DNA of 64,000 nucleotides from Eledone cirrhosa (Eukaryota), in the NCBI GenBank assembly GCA_964016885.1, contig OZ024764.1, positions 17,546,001 through 17,610,000 on the forward strand, written 5' to 3'. Under the pieces are notes generated by a model. It had not been told where the DNA came from, made no database searches, and saw only the letters and a program-made list of their open reading frames with translations. Shown in pieces: positions 15,769 to 28,174 of this stretch. Every line of letters begins with the position of its first letter. The stretch's first letter is position 1. Position numbers and translations under genes: made by a program.

Positions 15769-15979
15769 ATAGAAAAAATAAACAAAACCTCAAAAGACCA
15801 TATATTTTAAACAACAACAACAATAATAATAAACAACACAAAAAAATCCCCAATTCATTAATGATGAGAGAGAAAGAAAGAAAGAGAGATAGAGAGATAT
15901 AATTGACACTGAATTTCATGAATCAATATTAAATCAATCGCCTTCGTTACACAGCACAAGTGAAGGCTTACAATTTATA

Positions 15980-16898
15980 AGTCTGCTGTTGTAGTTGTAG
16001 TAGTAGTAGTAGTTGTTGTAGTTGCAGTACCTGTTGTTGTTGTTGTAGTAGTAGTAGTGTTATCATTACTATTATTAATAATAATAATAATAAATGTTGT
16101 TGTTGCTGTAGTAGTTGTGGTGGTGGTAGTAGTACTTGTTGTAGTAGAACAAGTATCTTTTTTAATAAGCATTGTTGTTGTTGTTGCTGTAGTAGTAGTA
16201 ATAGTAGTACCTGTTGTAGTAGAACAAATATCTTTTTTAATAAGCATTATTGTTGTTGTTGCTGTAGTAGTATCACCAGTACTATATGATTACAAGCGTT
16301 GTAGTAGTAGTAGAAGTTGTAGTATCTGTAGTAGAAGTACCACCATTATTATAATTACAAGCGTTGTTGCTACTGTTGTAGTTTTAATAATAGTATCTGT
16401 AGTAGTACCACCATTAAAAGTTGTATCTATAGTAGTAGCAGTAGTAGTTGTAGTGGTGGTGGTAGTAATAGTTGATGTAGTTAGTGGTAGTAATCAGCTA
16501 CTATGTGGTGGTAAGTGTTGTAGTATCTGTTGTAGTAGCACCACCAGTATTATGATTACAAGCATTGTTGCTGATGTAGTAGTAGTAGTGGTGGCGGCAG
16601 TAGTAGTTGATGTAGTAGTAGTAGTAGTAGTGGTGGTGGTGGTGGCAGGAGATGATGTAGTAGTAGTAGTAGTGGTGGTGGCGGCGGCAGTAGTAGATGT
16701 AGTAGTAGTAGTGGTGGTGGTGGAGGCAGTAGATGATGTAGTAGTAGTAGTAGTGGTGGTGGCGGCGGCAGTAGTAGAAGTAGTAGCAGTAGTATCTGTA
16801 GAAGTAGCACCACCAGTATTATGATTACAAGCGTTGTTGTTGCTGTTGTAGTGGTGGTGGTGGTAGTAACTAGCTACAATGTGGTGGTAGCAGTAGTA

Positions 16899-16931
<33 letters not shown>

Positions 16932-17071
16932 TTTTGATATTGAAGATGATGTAGTGGTAGTAGTAGTTGTTGATCTGTTGTAGTAGCAGTAGTGGTGGTG
17001 ATGGAGTTAATACAATTCATTGTAGTAGTAGTAGTAGTAGTATTTTCATAGAGGATGTTGTTGTTGCTGTT

Positions 17072-17109
<38 letters not shown>

Positions 17110-17300
17110 AAGTCTGAACAACTAATACGCTGGAGGAATGCACAAAAAAAAAACATGAGAGGATGGTGGTGGTGGTGGTTGTTGTGATGGTGGTGGTGGC
17201 GCTGGTAGTAGTAGTGGTAGTAGTAGTAGTAGTAGTAGTAACAGTGTTGGCGGCAGTGGTGGTAGTTAAGCTGCTGCTGATGATGATGCTGCTACCATCA
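15980..17300. repeat. (TAG/TGG/TTG)n trinucleotide low-complexity tract, probably within the eIF4H 3' UTR
   Basis: Read directly; gives the poly-V/poly-T ORFs. Confidence 0.9.
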
Positions 17301-17349
17301 CCACGACAACGACGACAACAACACATACATACATACGCACATGTATATA

Positions 17350-17385
<36 letters not shown>

Positions 17386-17550
17386 ATATATATATAATAT
17401 AATATAATGTATGTGCACACGCACGCACGCACTCACACACACGCGCGCGCGTGTCCGAGTAAGGTTGTTGGTGGTGGTGGCGGCGGTGGTGTGGCTTTTG
17501 AAAAAAAAAAAAAAAAAAAAAATACAGGCTGACCAGAGTAGATTTAGATT

Positions 17551-17581
<31 letters not shown>

Positions 17582-17678
17582 CAGACACACAGACAGACAA
17601 GGTGGTAGTAGTAGTAGTAGTGGTGGCGCACTCTAGTGACCAGTGACAGCTCCACTCATACACCAAACAGCCGACATC
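17300..17678 (-). other. EIF4H: Probable non-coding terminal 3'-UTR exon of eIF4H (3' end uncertain, may extend to ~15.8 kb)
   Basis: Strong acceptor ttttttttcttctcttttcag|GATGTC at 17678 pairs with donor GG|gtgagt at 18715, 31 nt after the stop. Confidence 0.5.
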
Positions 17679-17849
17679 CTGAAAAGAGAAGAAAAAAAAC
17701 AAAACAATGTTATCTCCGAGTCGAAGCAAGTGTTTTTGAATACATATATAAAAAATGAGAAAACTCATCGCCAGAAGTCATTACGACAGCTAAATGCTGT
17801 CAAAGACAGCTCCTTTTTCACCCACTTATACCCGAGAAGGTCGTGAGGG

Positions 17850-18440
17850 CAGAGTCCTCAAACACTCCTTCCTGAAAGGTCCTATCAGAAGCAATTGTCT
17901 CCAACTGATCCGGCTCGATCCCCAAACGAGACCAGTCAAGCTCACGGATGTTATCTAACAATCTTGCTCAGGGTCTACCCGCTGAGTCTCCTGTCTGTAA
18001 AATCTGTCCAGAGGTTCTTTCCTCAGACATTCTAACCACATGTCTGTAGTATCAGAGCTGTGATCTCTCAATTCAGAGATTCTTTCCTGAGACATTCTAA
18101 CCACATGTCTGTAGTATCAGAGCTGTGATCTCTCAATCCAGAGATTCTTTCCTCAGACATTCTAACCACATGTCTGTAGTATCAGAGCTGTGATCTCTCA
18201 ATCCAGAGATTCTTTCCTCAGACATTCTAACCACATGTCTGTAGTATCAGAGCTGTGATCTCTCAATCCAGAGATTCTTTCCTCAGACATTCTAACCACA
18301 TGTCTGTAGTATCAGAGCTGTGGTCTCTCAACCCAGAGATTCTTTCCTCAGACATTCTAACCACATGTCTGTAGTATCAGAGCTGTGATCTCTCGATTTA
18401 GAGAAGTAGTAGCTCTTCCAGGAGTGACTCTCTGACCTCC
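17850..18440 (+). mobile_element. Dispersed element with an internal 59-bp tandem array (~7 units, 18010-18400)
   Basis: Reverse complement of 29160-30060 and of the single-unit copy at 35875-36190. Confidence 0.8.
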
Positions 18441-18745
18441 GAGTTACACATGGTGCCTAAAGTAGAAACAAATATTGTTATGCTTGGTAGAACTACCAAG
18501 CATAACAATATTTGTTTATACTTTAGGCACAAGGCCAACAAATACCCAGTACATTACTGGTACTTTATTTTATCGACTCCGTAAGGATGAAAAGCAAAGT
18601 TAACCTCGGCGGGATTTGAACTCAGACTGTAAAGGGATGTAACTATGCTAGAAAGCATGGCGTCCAACCCACTACCGATAAGTCAATAATAATATTAAAA
18701 AACATAGTACTCACCCCCACCACCTAGGCAAGGCTCCCCCAATAT

Positions 18746-18942
18746 TCAGTAATCTCTGTCATTATCTTCGGGATGACTATCTTGAAGATGTTCTCCCCTG
18801 TCACCGTATTCAGAGGCGCTCTCATTGCGGGGTTTACCCGTGCCGAAGATAGAAGCATTCCTCTTCGACTTCACGATGTTATTTACGGGTTCTTTCACCG
18901 TCCTCGGCAGGAGCTTAAGAGGGCGTCTGCCAAGCGACGATT
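18746..18942 (-). CDS. EIF4H: eIF4H coding exon 7 (last), (E)SSLGRRPLKLLPRTVKEPVN..SIFGTGKPR..DY*
   Basis: ttttcag acceptor, phase 1; RPxLxLxPRTV and SIFGxxKPR are conserved eIF4H C-terminal motifs; TGA at 18746-18748. Confidence 0.93.
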
Positions 18943-18988
18943 CTGAAAAATAATGGACCAGACACAGAATATAGATTATATACATATG

Positions 18989-19048
<60 letters not shown>

Positions 19049-19222
19049 GAGAAGAAAGAAGAATACTGCGTGGTTGCACATGGGTTACATATGATAAAAA
19101 TAGTCCTTCGTCAGTGATTTGCCAACCATCATTGATATTTCATCGCATTAAAAATCAAATATATATATATATATATCATCATCATCATCATTTTAGGTCC
19201 GCTTAAAATGATGATGATGATG

Positions 19223-19292
<70 letters not shown>

Positions 19293-19513
19293 AAAATGAT
19301 TTATAAAAGGGTTTGCAAAGTGCAACTGGGCTGGTGTGTATATATATAAAGAATCTTTATAATATGTTCAAACATTTATGTTTAAAATTTGATGTCAGCG
19401 AAGCCTGCTTTCTCCATTTTGGATTATCAAAACATTTGTTATATCAAAACATTTGTTATTAGGTTAAATTGTTTCTTCGTTAAAACTCCTGCATGCTGAC
19501 TCTTGGCCACCAT

Positions 19514-19550
<37 letters not shown>

Positions 19551-19946
19551 GCAAAATAAGTTGACAGGAATAGCATGGGTTTCACTGCTAGGACCGGTTG
19601 CTTCTCAGTGTACTCAATAGGTAATGTTAAGCAAACTCCCAGAGTAGAAACATAGTTATTCATATACATATATATATACATATATATATATTAGAAATAA
19701 AAAAAGGGAGCTGCACAAGACAAAGACAATGGAAAAGACAACAGAAGGGACAGAAAAAGAAAGGGCCATTGGCAGTTACTTGTTGTCAGAGTTAGGGGTA
19801 CAGGATTAGTAGTGGAAGGACACAAGATAAATGAGAGGGGGCCGTTTGTAGTTACCTGTTGTTAGGGGTCAGAGAGACAAAATTAGCAGAGGGAGGCCAG
19901 AAGGTAATGAGAAGAAAGGGGGTCCCAACTTCCTGTTGGTACTCAC

Positions 19947-20223
19947 CTGCTGTTGGTTCTGGGAAGTCCTGTGGCTGTCCTCCACTGTTGCGCCGTTGGC
20001 GGGGTGGTGGCCCCCCACCGCCGCCACCAGCACCAGCACCAGCCCCACCGCCGCCTGCTCCTGCTCCTCCTCCGAAACCCCGGCTTCTGTCCGAACGATC
20101 GTAGCCCTTCTGCCCGGAGGAATAGCTCATGGGAGGGCTCTGTTGCCACTGTTCAGAGTTGCCCCCGCTGTAGTCTCGGTATTCACGGCCACCGCCACCA
20201 CCACGCCCAGAGTATGAATGAAC
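19947..20223 (-). CDS. EIF4H: eIF4H coding exon 6 (Gly/Arg-rich, ends QDFPEPTA)
   Basis: ccacag acceptor and G|gtgagt donor; DFxEPT motif; 277 nt, with a phase conflict against exon 5 (see findings). Confidence 0.85.
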
Positions 20224-20491
20224 CTGTGGAAGTAGGAAGAGAGAGAGAGAGAGAGAGACATAATACATGTGTGAGTATAAGTTATTCCAGGTTGAATCAG
20301 AGGTAACCACAGTAAGTAAGGTACTCAATACATAGCAGAGTATAAAAGTTTTAATATAGAAGAGCTTCTTCGTATGCAAGCCTCTGCGGCTCGCTCTGAG
20401 CACCCTCATTTTTTCACATACGAAGAAGCTCTTCTATATATATATATATATATATTGTTTTGTTTTTTTTAAGCTTCATATCATGTCTCCC

Positions 20492-20562
20492 TATTTTATC
20501 TGACGAGAACGCAAATATCGTCCCATGATAATATTTGTTTTTGAAATGCGCATAATAAAATA
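20492..20562 (+). ncRNA. Minimal type-I hammerhead ribozyme (Penelope-like element/retrozyme type)
   Basis: Stem I TATTTTAT/ATAAAATA (8 bp), core CTGACGA, 12-bp stem II with one mismatch, GAAA, palindromic stem III ATGCGCAT, AUA cleavage triplet (cut after 20554). Confidence 0.8.
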
Positions 20563-21458
20563 CATGGAACTCTTTTAACCATCTTTTCATTTTATATTAT
20601 ATATACTCCAGTCCTATAAACTGTTGAGTGCTACTTATCCGATATTTGCATTGCTTTATTGTGCTACAATAAAACTCACCTCCTACACACATATATATCA
20701 AAATTATGCGTACAAACTAATTAAGGAGGAGAGATAGATTAGTTGTGAGAATTATATGCCAGTATGCTCAGAATTTGGTATTGTTTTCTCTAACATTTAA
20801 TTTCTACACATATATATATATATATATATGTAATATAGAAGTATATATAACAGTATATAGACGTATATTTAACAAGTAATATAGATATATATAACATGTA
20901 ATAATGAATTTCAATACTGTAAAGCTAATGACAATACATTGTTAAAGAAAAAAGTACTTTTTTAATTCCGCGAAAGCAGAATGGTATCTCATACCATAGG
21001 ATAAATAAATATCAACATCTCATAGATTCGTTATTATGTGAGGTAAAGCCTTTACTGTGAAAATACAGTAGTATCATCATCATCATTTTACGTCCGCTTT
21101 TCCCTGCTTGCAAGGGTGAGACGGGAACTGATTCTGGCTTGATTTCTACAGCTGGATGCCCTTCCTAACACCAACCTCATTTACAGTGAGTGCTGGGTGC
21201 TTTTTTGCCGTGGCACCTCCACAACCACTTTCACAGTGGAATGATAGGGACCCCAGTCCCTATCATCACATTTCTACAGCTGAGTAAACTGGAGCAATGT
21301 GAAATAAAGTGTATTGCTCAAGGAAACAACACATCACCCGGTCTGAGAATTGAACTCACAACCTTTCGATTGCAAGGCCAATGCTCTAACCACTAAGCCA
21401 TGTGCCTCTAGTATATATAGAGTAATGTAAATGTTATGTGAGGTAAAGCCATTGTTAC

Positions 21459-21489
<31 letters not shown>

Positions 21490-21592
21490 AGAGCGTGTGT
21501 AACATTAGTCATAGAGGCATGCGTGATCATTTAGTTGCGTGTGAAAATAAGAGAGGATGGTCATGTTTGTAATGTTGACACATACGACATAC

Positions 21593-21683
21593 CTTGTGAA
21601 CGAGCACGACCACCACCAAAAGACCCCTTGTCACGCTGACGTCCCTCTGCAACGTCAACCCGTATTGAACGCTGTTCAAGAAG
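21593..21683 (-). CDS. EIF4H: eIF4H coding exon 5, LLEQRSIRVDVAEGRQRDKGSFGGGRARSQ(G)
   Basis: ttgcag acceptor, G|gtatgt donor; end of the RRM (cf. LLGDRSLRVDIAEGR). Confidence 0.95.
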
Positions 21684-21789
21684 CTGCAAAGATAATAATA
21701 ATAAACCTAGTGTATTTATTTGTATAATACCTTTGATCACAAGCCTACTGGATCAGGACCGACCTGGGGCTGAACAAAACAAAAAGATA

Positions 21790-23410
21790 GGACACATTAG
21801 ATGATGTAGTCCTAGGTACACTGTGTCTGTATAAGACAGGACACATTAGATGATGTAGTCCTAGGTACACTGAGTCTGTATATAAGACAGGACACATTAG
21901 ATAATGTAGTCCTAGGTACACTGTGTCTGTATATAAGACAGGACACATTAGATAGTGTAGTCCTAGGTAGATTGTGTCTGTATATAAGACAGGACACATT
22001 AGATAGTGTAGTCCTAGGTAGACTGTGTCTGTATATAAGACAGGACACATTAGATAGTGTAGTCCTAGGTAGACTGTGTCTGTATATAAGACAGGACACA
22101 TTAGATAATGTAGTCCTAGGTACACTGTGTCTGTATATAAGACAGGACACATTAGATAATGTAGTCCTAGATAGACTGTGTCTGTATATAAGACAGGACA
22201 CATTAGATAATGTAGTCCTAGATACACTGTCTCTGTATATAAGACAGGACACATTAGATAGTGTAGTCCTAGGTAGACTGTGTCTGTATATAAGACAGGA
22301 CACATTAGATAATGTAGTCCTAGGTACACTGTGTCTGTATATAAGACAGGACACATTAGATATTGTAGTCCTAGATACACTGTGTCTGTATATAAGACAG
22401 GACACATTAGATAATGTAGTCCTAGGTACACTGTGTCTGTATATAAGACAGGACACATTAGATAATGTAGTCCTAGATACACTGTGTCTGTATATAAGAC
22501 AGAACACATTAGATAATGTAGTCCTAGATAGACTGTGTCTGTATATAAGACAGGACACATTAGATAATGTAGTCCTAGATACACTGTGTCTGTATATAAG
22601 ACAGGACACATTAGATAATGTAGTCCTAGGTACACTGTGTCTGTATATAAGACAGGACACATTAGATAATGTAGTCCTAGATACACTGTGTCTGTATATA
22701 AGACAGGACACATTAGATAGTGTAGTCCTAGGTAGACTGTGTCTGTATATAAGACAGGACACATTAGATATTGTAGTCCTAGATACACTGTGTCTGTATA
22801 TAAGACAGAACACATTAGATAATGTAGTCCTAGATACACTGTGTCTGTATATAAGACAGGACACATTAGATATTGTAGTCCTAGATACACTGTGTCTGTA
22901 TATAAGACAGGACACATTAGATAATGTAGTCCTAGATACACTGTGTCTGTATATAAGACAGGACACATTAGATAGTGTAGTCCTAGGTAGACTGTGTCTG
23001 TATATAAGACAGGACACATTAGATAATGTAGTCTTAGATACACTGTGTCTGTATATAAGACAGAACACATTAGATAATGTAGTCCTAGATAGACTGTGTC
23101 TGTATATAAGACAGGACACATTAGATAATGTAGTCCTAGATACACTGTGTCTGTATATAAGACAGGACACATTAGATAGTGTAGTCCTAGATACACTGTG
23201 TCTGTATATAAGACAGGACACATTAGATAGTGTAGTCCTAGGTAGACTGTGTCTGTATATAAGACAGGACACATTAGATAATGTAGTCCTAGATACACTG
23301 TCTCTGTATATAAGACAGGACACATTAGATAGTGTAGTCCTAGATAGACTGTGTCTGTATATAAGACAGGACACATTAGATAATGTAGTCCTAGGTAGAC
23401 TGTCTGAATA
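21790..23410 (+). repeat. 51-bp satellite array 1 (~31 units)
   Basis: Unit aggacacattagataatgtagtcctagatacactgtgtctgtatataagac. Confidence 0.97.
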
Positions 23411-23521
23411 AAAGACAGGATGGTCACAGCTGGAACATCTTTGATCATAGATCTACTAGATCAGGACTGACCTGGGGCTAGACAACAATAACAGGGGATT
23501 TACAAAAAAAGGGATACTCAC

Positions 23522-23586
23522 TGCACCATCATACGTGAGGGCCTTCTTCAGTGATTGAAGATGATCAAATTCAACATAGGCAAAAC
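23522..23586 (-). CDS. EIF4H: eIF4H coding exon 4, GFAYVEFDHLQSLKKALTYDGA (RNP1)
   Basis: ttttcag acceptor, gtgagt donor, phases consistent; RNP1 KGFAYVEF. Confidence 0.96.
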
Positions 23587-23744
23587 CTGAAAACAGACAA
23601 AGAAATATTGTATTCATAAAAATAAAATAGAACTAAATTGGCAGTCAGAAACTGCACAGAAGTCTGTCGTGTATGCATGTAATAAAAGGTCGCCTGTATG
23701 AGAAGTCCTATGCTGCATGGGCAGTGACTGCAGAGGACATGCGC

Positions 23745-24095
23745 AGGTTGGAGAGAAATGAAGCAAGCTTGCTTTGATAAAGAACAACAGAGCTTGGATG
23801 AGCTGAGAAGAAAACTGGGTATAAGATGTTATGTACAAGAGAGAAGACTGAGCTGGTATCGACATGTGATGTATATGGATGATGATCACTGCGTGAAGAA
23901 GTGCCAAGAAATCCCAGTGGAAGGGAGCTGCAGCAGAGAAAGACCAAGGAAAACCAGGACAGAGAGAAAAGCTGGGTATAAGAGGAATCAGATGTTGTAT
24001 GCAAGGGAGCAGACTGCACTGGTGTAGACATGTAATGTGTACGGATGATGATCACTGGGTGTGAAGAAGTGACAGGAAATCCCAGTGGAAGGTCC
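23745..24095 (+). mobile_element. RTE-clade LINE 3' fragment, partially duplicated
   Basis: ERRLSWYRHVMYMDDDHCVKKCQEIPVEGSCSRERPRKT resembles the RTE C-terminus. Confidence 0.75.
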
Positions 24096-24620
24096 TTGGT
24101 ACAACCAGAGACCACAATCTCTTCAAAGGGGCTTAACAATTATTACCCTATGAAACCTGTTGCTTATATTAATCCTTTCAAATGAAATACACTGTTTCAA
24201 TTAATTAATGAAGAATTTTGAGGGATTTGTTAAAATTATTAATTATTTCATTACTAAGACTTAAAATAAGATTCTTATATAAAATTATGTTGCAAGATTT
24301 AAATTTAAATAGGAACCTTGTATTTCTATTAATTAATTAAACATTTTAAGGGATTTACTAAAATTATCAATTATTTCATTACTAAGATTAACTTAATGTA
24401 AGGTTTTTATAGAAAATTATGGCGGAAGAATTTAATTTAAATTGGATACATTTAAAATGGGGCATTTTATTTCATAGAACCAGGGCTGGTTTTGACCGGG
24501 TTGGTAACTAAAGGGTTAATGAAACTGAGGGCCAAATGCACATTAAAAAATAACAACAAAAACGTGCCAGCAGCAAATTTGTTTGTCAGCCAAACAAATG
24601 TGTGATAGCAATTAACTCAC

Positions 24621-24669
24621 CTTTAAATTTGTCTGTATCTCTGTCTCGGACCAGTCGTACACTTCGTAC
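24621..24669 (-). CDS. EIF4H: eIF4H coding exon 3, VRSVRLVRDRDTDKFK(G)
   Basis: ttacag acceptor, G|gtgagt donor; near-identical to the eIF4H RRM (IRSVRLVRDKDTDKFKG). Confidence 0.96.
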
Positions 24670-24894
24670 CTGTAATTAAAAGAGGGAAACAGATTAAATA
24701 GAGTTGAGAGGTGACAAAGGTATATCATGGTGTGGACCCGAATCTCATGACGGAGTTGTAGGGACGTCCTAGTGGCACACAAAGGTGTAATATATTAAAA
24801 GAAAAGGTGTATGGAAGTTAACAAAACATTCTGATATAAAAACTAGTTTGGAAAGGGTTTAATTTAACCCTTTTTAATTCCAAAACCCACGTGT

Positions 24895-25440
24895 AGGTGA
24901 AAATTTACAGTATTACAGTAAAGACTTTAATATTTAATGTGATGTAGTCATAGTGTTGTTTTGTACTAAATGTTTATAGTATCTTTACTGGTGGACAGAT
25001 TGTTGTGAATATTTACAGTATTACAGTAAAGACTTTAATATTTAATGTGATGTAGTCATAGTGTTGTTTTGTACTAAATGTTTATAGTATCTTTACTGGT
25101 GGACAGATTGTTGTGAATATTTACAGTATTACAGTAAAGACTTTAATATTTAATGTGATGTAGTCATAGTGTTGTTTTGTACTAAATGTTTATAGTATCT
25201 TTACTGGTGGACAGATTGTTGTGAAAATTTACAGTATTACAGTAAAGACTTTAATATTTAATGTGATGTAGTCATAGTGTTGTTTTGTACTAAATGTTTA
25301 TAGTATCTTTACTGGTGGACAGATTGTTGTGAATATTTAATGTGATGTAGTCATAGTGTTGTTTTCTACTAAATGTTTATAGTATCTTTACTGGTGGACA
25401 GATTGTTGTGAAAATTTGTATAAAACTACAGTAAAGACTT
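24895..25440 (+). repeat. ~109-bp tandem repeat (~5 units)
   Basis: Repeated ttacagtaaagactttaatatttaatgtgatgtagtcatagtg..ggtggacagattgttgtg; one inverted monomer at ~47630-47730. Confidence 0.9.
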
Positions 25441-25570
25441 TAACATCTTGCTAATGTGGTTTCATGTGGTACAGGACATTACGAGTTCAACAAAAGGATG
25501 AAGGAGGAAAAGAAAAATATATTGCGTGCAAAAATAAAAAAATAAAAAATAAATAAAAAAAAACACTTAC

Positions 25571-25823
25571 TCCGAGTCCTTCAAATATAATTTCTAAGTC
25601 TCTCTGCACCACCTTGTACGGTAAGTTGCCGACAAACGCTGTGTAGGGGGGTTCAGTGGGTAGCCGGCTGTTGGATCGGCCACCGCCGCCCCCACCGCCG
25701 CCTCCACCACCGCCCCCACCCCCACCCCCACCGCCTCCGCCTCCACCACCATCGCTGTACCTGTCACTGCCACTGCCACTATAGTCACCTCCATAGCCTC
25801 TTCCACCTCCGCTATACTCATCT
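25571..25823 (-). CDS. EIF4H: eIF4H coding exon 2 (poly-Gly N-terminus plus RNP2, LPTEPPYTAFVGNLP)
   Basis: ttcag acceptor, gtaagt donor, 253 nt, phase 2->0; LPTEPPYTAxVGNLP is diagnostic of eIF4H/eIF4B. Confidence 0.96.
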
Positions 25824-26000
25824 CTGAATAACAACAATAACAACAACAACATCATTAAACATGTTATAGTATTTGTACTGTTCTGTCTGTCAGTCACACA
25901 GACACTAAACTCTTGATAAAATAGTTCTAAAATGTTTTCATCCATTCCAGAATCACTTCCCTACAATCAGACCCCAATTCTCTTTATTTGTGTATATTAA

Positions 26001-28046
26001 CCCTTTAGTGTTTACATTACTCTATATATACTATTGTATTGTCACAGTAAAGGCTTTACCTCACATAATATCTCACATAACATTTACATTACTCTATATA
26101 TACTATTGTATTGTCACAGTAAAGGCTTTATCTCACATAATATCTCATAACATTTACATTACTCTATATATACTATTGTATTTTCACAGTAAAGGCTTTA
26201 CCTCACATAATATCTCACATAACATTTACATTACTCTATATATACTATTGTATTGTCACAGTAAAGGCTTTATCTCACATAATATCTCACATAACATTTA
26301 CATTACTCTATATATACTATTGTATTTTCACAGTAAAGGCTTTATCTCACATAATATCTCACATAACATTTACATTACTCTATATATACTATTGTATTGT
26401 CACAGTAAAGGCTTTACCTCACATAATATCTCACATAACATTTACATTACTCTATATATACTATTGTATTTTCACAGGAAAGGCTTTATCTCATAATTAT
26501 CTCACATAACATTTACATTACTCTATATATACTATTGTATTTTCACAGTAAAGGCTTTACCTCACATAATATCTCACATAACATTTACATTACTCTATAT
26601 ATACTATTGTATTGTCACAGTAAAGGCTTTACCTCACATAATATCTCACATAACATTTACATTACTCTATATATACTATTGTATTGTCACAGTAAAGGCT
26701 TTATCTCATAATATCTCACATAACATTTACATTACTCTATATATACTATTGTATTGTCACAGTAAAGGCTTTACCTCACATAATATCTCACATAACATTT
26801 ACATTACTCTATATATACTATTGTATTGTCACAGTAAAGGCTTTATCTCATAATATCTCACATAACATTTACATTACTCTATATATACTATTGTATTTTC
26901 ACAGTAAAGGCTTTATCTCATAATATCTCACATAACATTTACATTACTCTATATATACTATTGTATTTTCACAGTAAAGGCTTTACCTCACATAACATTT
27001 ACATTATTCTATATATACTATTGTATTTTCACAGTAAAGGCTTTACCTCACATAATATCTCACATAACATTTACATTACTCTATATATACTATTGTATTG
27101 TCACAGTAAAGGCTTTACCTCACATAATATCTCACATAACATTTACATTACTCTATATATACTATTGTATTGTCACAGTAAAGGCTTTACCTCACATAAT
27201 ATCTCATAACATTTACATTACTCTATATATACTATTGTATTGTCACAGTAAAGGCTTTACCTCACATAACATTTACATTACTCTATATATACTATTGTAT
27301 TGTCACAGTAAAGGCTTTACCTCACATAATATCTCATAACATTTACATTACTCTATATATACTATTGTATTTTCACAGTAAAGGCTTTACCTCACATAAT
27401 ATCTCACATAACATTTACATTACTCTATATATACTATTGTATTTTCACAGTAAAGGCTTTACCTCACATAATATCTCACATAACATTTACATTACTCTAT
27501 ATATACTATTGTATTGTCACAGTAAAGGCTTTACCTCACATAATATCTCATAACATTTACATTACTCTATATATACTATTGTATTTTCACAGTAAAGGCT
27601 TTACCTCACATAATATCTCACATAACATTTACATTACTCTATATATACTATTGTATTGTCACAGTAAAGGCTTTACCTCACATAATATCTCACATAACAT
27701 TTACATTACTCTATATATACTATTGTATTTTCACAGTAAAGGCTTTACCTCACATAATATCTCATAACATTTACATTACTCTATATATACTATTGTATTT
27801 TCACAGTAAAGGCTTTACCTCACATAATATCTCACACAACATTTACATTACTCTATATATACTATTGTATTGTCACAGTAAAGGCTTTATCTCATAATTA
27901 TCTCACATAATATCGAATCTATGAGATTTTGATATTTATTTTGAGAACAATACCTTAATGTTGGATGAGCAGCCAGTTATAGCCAGTTTGAACAGAAAGA
28001 GATGAGAGAATTCTGGCTGTTTCTGGCCGGTTTAAATGCTAAAGCG
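26001..28046 (-). mobile_element. piggyBac-like (TTAA) MITE with an internal ~70-72-bp satellite expansion (~26010-27910)
   Basis: ttaa|ccctttag ... ctaaagcg|ttaa termini; unexpanded copy next door at 28175-28356. Confidence 0.8.
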
Positions 28047-28174
28047 TTAATGTTTTGTCTCATCTCTTACTCCACTGGACAGCGTCTGGCCTATGTCAGA
28101 TGCCATGGCCAGCAGTAACAAAGGACATTTTGAATTAAAGAGTTCTAGTCCTGGAGAAGCCATTTCTATATTAA

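Noticed and set aside
16057-17440. Poly-V/poly-T/poly-L ORFs, also 42877-43939, 55490-56341 and the many YI/CV-repeat ORFs
   Set aside because: Translations of di- and trinucleotide microsatellites
20680-20716. Candidate cryptic exon (ttag|37 nt|gtgagt, or a 3-nt GAG micro-exon) to fix the eIF4H frame
   Set aside because: 37 nt gives phase 2 from the main donor and a TAA stop from the alternative donor; 3 nt does not change phase; lies in a repeat tail
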